Origin: an uncultured Candidatus Saccharibacteria bacterium
GTDB taxonomy: Bacteria; Patescibacteriota; Minisyncoccia; UBA6257
NCBI GenBank assembly: GCA_964428155.1
Contig: CAYRXA010000018.1
Location: forward strand, 1-45,949
Direction of reading: 5' to 3'
DNA length: 45,949 bases
Shown here one piece after another: positions 44,721 through 45,949 of the stretch. Within the stretch, counting starts at the first letter, position 1. Each line of letters starts with the position of its first letter. Under the pieces are notes generated by a model. That model had not been told where the DNA came from, ran no database searches, and was given only the letters and a program-made list of their open reading frames with translations. Position numbers and translations under genes: made by a program.

Positions 44721-45949
44721 ATGGCGCTCTCTTTTTCAAGAGTTTTCCGTCAATGTGGGGCGTCTTTTTTAATTGGAATAATTTTTTCTCATTATTTTTC
44801 TTTTCATGCTTCTTTTTTAGGCATTTTTATTTTTTTGTTAATTTGCTTATTTTTTTTGTGTATTTATAAGAGAAAGTTTTTTCTTTTGTTTTTTATATTA
44901 TTGAGTTTTTTAATAGGACAAACCCGTTATATTTATTCTTTTAATAAATTAAACGAATCAATAGTAAAGGAAGAACAAAAGATTGAAATTGAAGCTTCTA
45001 TTATTGCAGAACCAATTTTAAAAGATAATTATCAAAGAATTATTATTCCTAATAGAGTTATTTATACAGAGAGGTTTCCTCGTTTTCAATATGGAGATTT
45101 GATAAGACTTAAAGGCAAAATTCAACCATTTGAAAATTTTCGTTCTTATGGCTCAATAATTGTTTCTGGAAAAATGAGTTATCCAGAAATAGAATTTATT
45201 TCTTCAGGAAAATTTTCTTTTAAGAAAATGGCCCTTTCTTTTAAAAACAAAATAACTGGAGCTCTTCAAAAAATTATTTCAGAACCTCAAGTTAGTCTTT
45301 TGAATAGTATAATGTTCGGCGGTAAAAATAATTTATCAATTTCTTTAGAAAAAGAAATTCAAAAATCAGGCTTATCCCATATTGTTGTTGCCTCTGGTCT
45401 TCATTTGTCCATCATTACTAAAATGTTTTCTAGTCTCTTGAGCCTTTTTTGCTTAGGGAATTTCTTAAATTTTGGACTTCTTTGTTTGTTTTTATTAGGA
45501 TTTGCTTTTATGGCTGGTTTAACTTCGTCAATTATTCGAGCTGCAGTCATGTCATTTTTATTGGTCCTGGCTCATTTTAGTTGTCGTCTTTACAATCCTT
45601 TAAATGCTTTGCTTTTAGCTTGCTTGATAATGGTTTGGTTTAATCCTTTTCTTCTTTTTTGGGATTTGGGTTTTCAGCTTTCTTTTTTAGCAACAGCAGG
45701 AATATTATTTTTCTATTCTTTATGGGACCAGTCTTCATTCTGGCAGCACAGTTTTTTTAATCTTAAGGGAATAATAATTATTAAACAAACAATTCTTGCT
45801 TGCTTTTCGGCTCTGGCTTTAGTTGTCCCTTGGCTTATGTTTAAAACTCAGAATTTTTCATTAGTTGCTCCATTTACTAATGTTTTGGTTATTCCTTTTG
45901 TTCCTTTAATAATTGGTGGTGGATTAATAACTGCTTTTGTTTCTTTTTT
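44721..45949 (+). CDS. comEC: ComEC/Rec2 DNA-internalisation channel, N-terminal part (open at the window end)
   Basis: Not in the ORF track because no stop is reached. Hand translation from the ATG at 44721 gives MALSFSRVFRQCGASFLIGIIF..., then a soluble OB-like segment (RFPRFQYGDLIRLKGKIQPF), then competence-domain motifs GLSHIVVASGLHLSII and GFQLSFLATAGI with many TM segments. Confidence 0.8.
   Translation, partial: MALSFSRVFRQCGASFLIGIIFSHYFSFHASFLGIFIFLLICLFFLCIYKRKFFLLFFILLSFLIGQTRYIYSFNKLNESIVKEEQKIEIEASIIAEPILKDNYQRIIIPNRVIYTERFPRFQYGDLIRLKGKIQPFENFRSYGSIIVSGKMSYPEIEFISSGKFSFKKMALSFKNKITGALQKIISEPQVSLLNSIMFGGKNNLSISLEKEIQKSGLSHIVVASGLHLSIITKMFSSLLSLFCLGNFLNFGLLCLFLLGFAFMAGLTSSIIRAAVMSFLLVLAHFSCRLYNPLNALLLACLIMVWFNPFLLFWDLGFQLSFLATAGILFFYSLWDQSSFWQHSFFNLKGIIIIKQTILACFSALALVVPWLMFKTQNFSLVAPFTNVLVIPFVPLIIGGGLITAFVSF

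Noticed and set aside
1-45949. Alternative genetic code (UGA recoding, as in some candidate phyla).
   Set aside because: Full-length rpoB, rpoC, ileS, clpB and nrdD are obtained with the standard code. TGA is used as a genuine stop, for example at the infC end at 8707-8709, which overlaps the rpmI ATG.
1-45949. CRISPR arrays, IS elements or transposases, integrases, prophage genes, toxin-antitoxin pairs and known defence systems.
   Set aside because: I saw no regularly spaced direct repeats and no terminal inverted repeats. No ORF has recombinase, nuclease-helicase or defence-type motifs. Every sizeable ORF is accounted for by housekeeping or sugar-metabolism functions, or is a hydrophobic ORF of unknown function.

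Overview
This is an AT-rich, very gene-dense 45.9-kb chromosomal segment. I count about 42 protein genes and one tmRNA, and nearly all are core housekeeping.

Gene order:
- Histidine-kinase fragment, then mutM-holA-rpsT.
- A tightly packed plus-strand operon: EF-Tu-domain-II-like protein, amino-acid permease, endonuclease Q, small membrane protein, membrane-anchored Clp/Hsp100 paralog.
- smpB-ssrA-infC-rpmI-rplT on the minus strand. The ORF track cannot show ssrA and misses rpmI (58 codons).
- A visibly more AT-rich sugar island: cupin-type PGI, a HAD-IIB phosphatase, and a beta-phosphoglucomutase::GH65 phosphorylase fusion.
- ileS-rpmF-nusB-rnc-smc, then a KH protein and trmD.
- rpoB-rpoC-uppS-htrA-clpB, then pth and an LCP protein on the minus strand.
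- lepB-hisS-rpsU-ybeY-ftsA-ftsZ, then nrdD-nrdG, then comEC, which runs off the window.

The standard bacterial code is in use. The gene content (class III RNR, EndoQ, ComEC, minimal-length core proteins, many overlapping gene ends) suggests an anaerobic, reduced-genome bacterium, possibly of CPR/Patescibacteria type. That placement is inference only.

I found no CRISPR array, transposase, integrase, prophage, toxin-antitoxin pair or recognisable defence gene, and no clear-cut novel multi-gene system.

The best second-look candidates are:
1. The sugar island at 10.1-14.9 kb. Its four activities could close a nucleotide-sugar-independent glucoside (trehalose-type) cycle.
2. A two-TM-anchored Hsp100 paralog with a dead first ATPase domain, paired with a small membrane ORF.
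3. A hinge-less 704-aa SMC in the canonical rnc-smc position.
4. A bacterial endonuclease Q.
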